64,000 bases of DNA from the human T2T-CHM13v2.0 reference genome, Homo sapiens: assembly GCF_009914755.1 (NCBI RefSeq), contig NC_060935.1; one strand, given 5' to 3'. The position numbers and the translations under genes were made by a program. A model generated the notes under the pieces. That model saw only the letters and a program-made list of their open reading frames with translations. It searched no databases and was not told the origin of the DNA. Each line of letters starts with the position of its first letter. Positions within the stretch are counted from its first letter, which is position 1. Shown here in pieces: positions 58,606-64,000 of the stretch.

Positions 58606-59685
58606 ATGGGGTTGTTTGATTTTTTCTTGTAAATTTGATTAAGTTCTTTGCAGATTCTGGTTATTAGCCCTTTGTCAGATGGGTAGATTGTAAAAATTTT
58701 CTCCCATTCTGTAGGTTACCTGTTCACTCTGATGGTAGTTTCTTTTGCTGTGCAGAAGCTCTTTAGTTTAATTAGATCCCATTTGTCAACTTTGGCTTTT
58801 GCTGCCATTGCTTTTGGTGTTTTAGTCATGCAACAACCCCATCAAAAAGTGGGCGAAGGATATGAACAGACACTTCTCAAAAGAAGACATTTATGCAGCC
58901 AAAAGACACATGAAAAAATTCTCATCATCACTGGCCATCAGAGAAATGCAAATCAAAACCACAATGAGATACCATCTCACACCAGTTAGAATGGCGATCA
59001 TTAAAAAGTCAGGAAACAACAGGTGCTGGAGAGGATGTGGAGAAATAGGAACACTTTTACACTGTTGGTGGGACTGTAAACTAGTTCAACCATTGTGGAG
59101 GACAATGTGGTGATTCCTCAAGGATCTAGAACTAGAAATACCATTTGACCCAGCCATCCCATTACTGGGTATATACCCAAAGGATTATAAATCATGTTGC
59201 TATAAAGACACATGCACACGTATGTTTATTGTGGCACTATTCACAATAGCAAAGACTTGGAACCAACCCAAATGTCCATCAATGATAGACTGGATTAAGA
59301 AAATGTGGCACATATACACCATGGAATACTATGCAGCCATAAAAAATGATGAGTTCATGTCCTTTGTAGGGACATGGATGAAGCTGGAAACCATCATTCT
59401 CAGCAAACTATCGCAAGGACAGAAAACCAAACACCGCATGTTCTCACTCATAGGTGGGAACTGAATAATGAGAACACTTGGACACAGGGTGGGGAACATC
59501 ACACACCGGGGCCTGTCATGGGGTCAGGGGAGGGGGGAGGGATAGCATTAGGAGATATACCTAATGTAAACGACAAGTTAACGGGTGCAGCACACCAACA
59601 TGGCACATGTATACATATGTAACAAACCTGCATGTTGTACACATGTACCCTAGAACTTAAAGTATAATAATAATAATAAAAAAAA
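58606..59685 (+). mobile_element. 5'-truncated, 5'-inverted L1PA (about PA4-PA6): inverted segment 58606-58830, sense segment 58831-59685
   Basis: The sense part encodes the ORF2 C-terminus ([14 protein letters not shown]...; ...WNQPKCPSMIDWIKKMW) and carries the primate 3' UTR and A-tail. The inverted part is the immediately upstream ORF2 sequence. Degenerate TSD agagagcttaaaaa / aaagcgcttacaaa. Confidence 0.95.
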
Positions 59686-59714
59686 GCGCTTACAAACGAT
59701 TCTGAGCATGAAGC

Positions 59715-60237
59715 TGATAGGAGGTCAGCAGGAGTGGTTGCACAAGATACAGGTGGTAAAGACCACTCTGATAAAACAGGATGCAATAAAGAAGCTGGCC
59801 AAAACCTGCCAAAACCAAGGTGGTGTAAGCGTCCTCTGGACATCCTCACTGCTCATTATATGCTAATTATAATATATTAGCTTACTAAAGGAACCTCCCA
59901 CCAGTGCCATGACAGTTTACAAATGTCATGGCGATGTCCAGAAGTTACCCTATATGGTCTGAAAGGGGGAAGAACCCTCAGTTCTGGGGAACTCCCTGCC
60001 CCTTTCCTGGAAAACGCATAAATAATCCACACTTTGTTTAGCATATGATAAAGAAATAACCATAAAAATAGCTAACCAGCAACCCTTGGGGTTGCTCTGC
60101 CAATTTATTCCTTTACATTCTTAATAAACTTGTTTTCACTTAACTTTGTCACTCTTATTGAATTCCTTCCTGTGCAAAGCCAAGAATTCCTGTGGTCTCC
60201 GAGGCTGAACCCCAATTTTGGGGTTCATCCTATGACA
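59715..60237 (+). mobile_element. MER41-family ERV1 solo LTR
   Basis: TG...CA ends with a perfect 4-bp TSD AAGC (59711-59714, 60238-60241). MER41 motifs 'cacaagatacagg', 'ctcactgctcattatatgctaattataat', 'ccatgacagtttacaaatg', 'gaagttaccctatatggtct'; polyA signal in 'cttaataaactt'. Confidence 0.9.
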
Positions 60238-60768
60238 AAGCATCTAGAAATGTATGTCTATTGTATTCATGGCTGACACTATGCTTTCACAATATGTTTG
60301 ACTAATGTGCATTTTGTCAACAGTGTGTTAAGTCTTTAAATTTTTAAAAATATATGTACAACCAAAGTATCGCATTTCACTAAAGGAATAGAAAGTAATA
60401 GGGTTTATGCATGTTATATTTAATATACTTCAATGAACCTTATAATTCTCACTAATGCTCCATGTTAACATAGCACCATGTATGCATTCCAGGTCTATAT
60501 CCTGTGGTTCTATGATTACAGTTATTGCTCTCTGTAGCACTGTAAGAGTCAAAACTACTTATGTATGAAATTAAAGAATTTGGATCATGAACAAATGTGT
60601 GGTAAAATCATTTTGTTTCCATAATGCTCTTTTCAAAGACCTTACCATTAAATACAGGATCACTGGCTTAAATGTGGCAATCTAGTAAGACCTAGTTTAA
60701 TAAAATCATCAGTAAGTTAGAATCATGTTTAAATTAGAATAAATCATCCAGAGTTTCAGTTGTTCTTT

Positions 60769-61092
<324 letters not shown>

Positions 61093-61785
61093 TGAAAAGA
61101 ATGTATGGAAACAAAATGATTTTGCTGTACATTTGTTCACAATCCAAATTATTTTGTCATGAAACACTAATTTCATGAGTCTGAATAAAACATTAAAGCT
61201 ACAGATATGTATTTGCATTTGAAAATATCAGGTAGGTTTACTGTATTCCATTTTTCTAGAAGAGAGTAATGAGACTAACAAAAATGAGCTCCTTAAATCA
61301 ACCATTGGAGCAAGCCCCCTGAGGACAGAAGTATTGCCTTTCACTTCTACTCTCACTAGATTAAGACTACCAACAAATGCCTTTCTCATTCACTCACTGA
61401 TACTTAATAAAAACTAAATAAAACATAATAAACACATACTATAATAAATTTTTACATCTTTTCTGATTTTTCTATGGAAGTATGCAAATGGGAGGTAAAA
61501 CTCACCTAGTTGACAATATCTAACTATCATAAGTTAGCTAACTTATAATAATAAAACTATCAGAAGTCAAGACTATTATTTGCATTATCTTCATCCAAGA
61601 GAACATGCTGCCCATCATCAACACTGTCCAGTATTTATCAGCTGCTGTAAAATAATAAATACCTACTTAAGTATAATGAGTGAATCCTCAAGACATGCCT
61701 AAGAGTTTATTTTTTAATATTGAATGTATAGTATCATAATAATTAAAGTTTAACAAAAATCTATTCAATCATTTTGTCAAATGTC

Positions 61786-62075
61786 AGCCAGGCGAGATGG
61801 CTCATGCCTGTAATCCCAGCACTTCAGGAGGCCGAGGTAAGATGATCATTTGAGCTCAGGAGTTCAAGACCAGCCTGGGCAACACAGCGAGACACTGTCT
61901 CTACAAAAAATAAAAAATTAGCCAGGTATGGTGGCCTGTGCCTGTGGTCCTAGCTACTCAAAAGGCTGAGGCAGGAGGGTGACTTGAGCCTAAGAGCTTG
62001 AGCCTGCAGTGACCCATGATCACGCCATTGCACACCAGCCTGGGCGACAAAGTGAGATGCTGTCTCTTAAAAAAA
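61786..62075 (+). mobile_element. AluJ with downstream A-rich tract to ~62170
   Basis: Diverged dimeric Alu. Confidence 0.9.
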
Positions 62076-62991
62076 TCAAAAACTTGCTTGGTTATTTACT
62101 ATTATTAAAAAAAGAAAAAAAAAAGAAGAAGACCAATAAATAAAAAGTAAATAAAATAAAAATAAAGTTTAAAATGTTGACAATTATATCATTTCTGAGA
62201 AAAATTCTGTAGGAGATACCACTTCCAGAATTCAAAGGACGTATGTCTATAATTAGCTGAATATTCTAAACTCTTTAAAAACACTCCAGAAAATATAACA
62301 GGATGACCTTCAATTGTTTCTGCTATGCTTCCTGATCAATATTTTAACAATTAGAATTGCTTTATTAACAATATCTCTTCAGTGAGTGTTCCTTTGACTT
62401 ATTTCTAGGTTAGCTAAAAGTTGGTTCCCCTAGAAGCTGATGATTTGAGGCAAAAATGCCTTGTTCAACATGGAAACTGAAAGGCAGAACTTGGCTACAT
62501 CTCCCTGAAAAACGCTTTCGTTAAGTCTGATGAATGTGATATTCTGCTTTCCAAAAGACTGGCATACTAGTATTTTTATTGTATAATATCCAATTCCCTA
62601 TATGCTATTGTTATTCTAGATCCTCTGAGCAAAATGAAGCTGTTAATATTAAGGACAACGGAAGGGACAGAATTTTGAAGATGGGCAATAGGGCCTTAAG
62701 ACTAAAGCTTAAAACTATGCTACCAAAAAAATTTAAAAAGCAACATTCAACAAGCCTTATAAATTGTCAGTAGAGACATGGGTATATTCCTCTACTTGAA
62801 ACATGGTACAATTAATACTTTTCAACTCCTCCTGGCAGAATACTTTCCTTCCGGCAGAATATCTTCAATTTCTCCTGGTAGAAAATAGACACTTTCAATT
62901 CCACAAACTTCCACTTGGAAATGAAACGGAACTTCCCATAATGTTGTTGCTGTATAATAAAAAATACTCAACACAGAAAATTGTGCTCTCA

Positions 62992-63300
<309 letters not shown>

Positions 63301-64000
63301 TCACATCCATTCCTTGCTTTGGGATGCTAGATGCAATGCACCTATATTTAGAAACAAAACAACCATTTCTTTGCCAACTCTTCATAAACCTTTCAATTTC
63401 TCCAACAAGTCTGATACCCTGGGACAAAATAATGTCCAGTGGCAGGTTATGTAATGATCTATATACTACTTCCAGGATTACTATTTCTAGGTTATGTAAG
63501 GATCTATACTATTTCTAGGACTCCTTACAAAAACACTTCTTAAAAACACTACAGTTTTTAGTATTCACAACTAAATGAACGGTACTTTTCAATACTTAAA
63601 ACTAAAGTTTAAAGAGTCAACTTTTATTTCCAAAGTTAGCACAATTTTTCACTTAAAATAAGGAAATGTTAAATTTAAAGAGACCACCAGAGAACTGTTT
63701 AGAACCATTTAGTTCGGAACCATAACTTCAGACAAATGCTTCACACCACTATTTTAATGAAGAGTACCCACCAGACATCACTTAAGAACTGAGGCCTAAG
63801 TCACTATATCAAAGGTATAAATTATGGTCCAAAGACAGCGCCAGGCACTGCTGAGCTTGGAATTGCTTACTGAGCAACCAAGTTGTTTCAAACAAACTAA
63901 ATGTTTTAAGGAGGCTAAAGGGCAGTGGAGGCAATTATTGGAAGGAAATTTCTCACTAGGCCAGAAAGGAATAATTAAGTCTTTGCATGCTAAATCACAT

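Noticed and set aside
58732-59622. ORFs with real protein similarity ([11 protein letters not shown]..., MFIVALFTIAKTWNQPKCP...)
   Set aside because: They are the broken C-terminus of L1 ORF2 in a truncated element, not a host gene.
62076-62175. Second A-rich tract after the AluJ, possible 3' transduction
   Set aside because: No convincing TSD could be paired around the Alu plus tract; a decayed tail or low-complexity sequence is equally likely.

Overview
Primate (most likely human) genomic DNA lying entirely inside the LGR4 gene (leucine-rich repeat GPCR 4, the R-spondin receptor), which is on the minus strand. Three 72-nt, phase-2 coding exons, each one LRR, were read directly: exon 2 at 25272-25343, exon 3 at 4928-4999 and exon 4 at 3581-3652. 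None appears in the ORF track. Everything right of 25343 is part of the long first intron. The rest is intronic and repeat-rich: about 22 Alus, L1, L2, MIR, MaLR/ERV LTRs, hAT and Tigger MITEs, and microsatellites. The supplied ORFs are Alu/L1-derived or chance ORFs. I found no prokaryote-type or wholly new gene system. The most interesting unexplained structures are: (i) a TSD-bracketed composite retro-insertion (AluJ fused to ~385 bp of unique, CpG-retaining sequence with AATAAA and an A-tail) at 36730-37710; (ii) a MER41-family solo LTR carrying one GAS site and one STAT6-spaced site; (iii) a twin-primed inverted L1PA; (iv) a candidate recursive-splice site in intron 1; and (v) several unexplained direct repeats, hairpins and transcription-factor motif clusters. 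Repeat subfamily calls come from recalled consensus sequences, and boundaries of old repeats are approximate.
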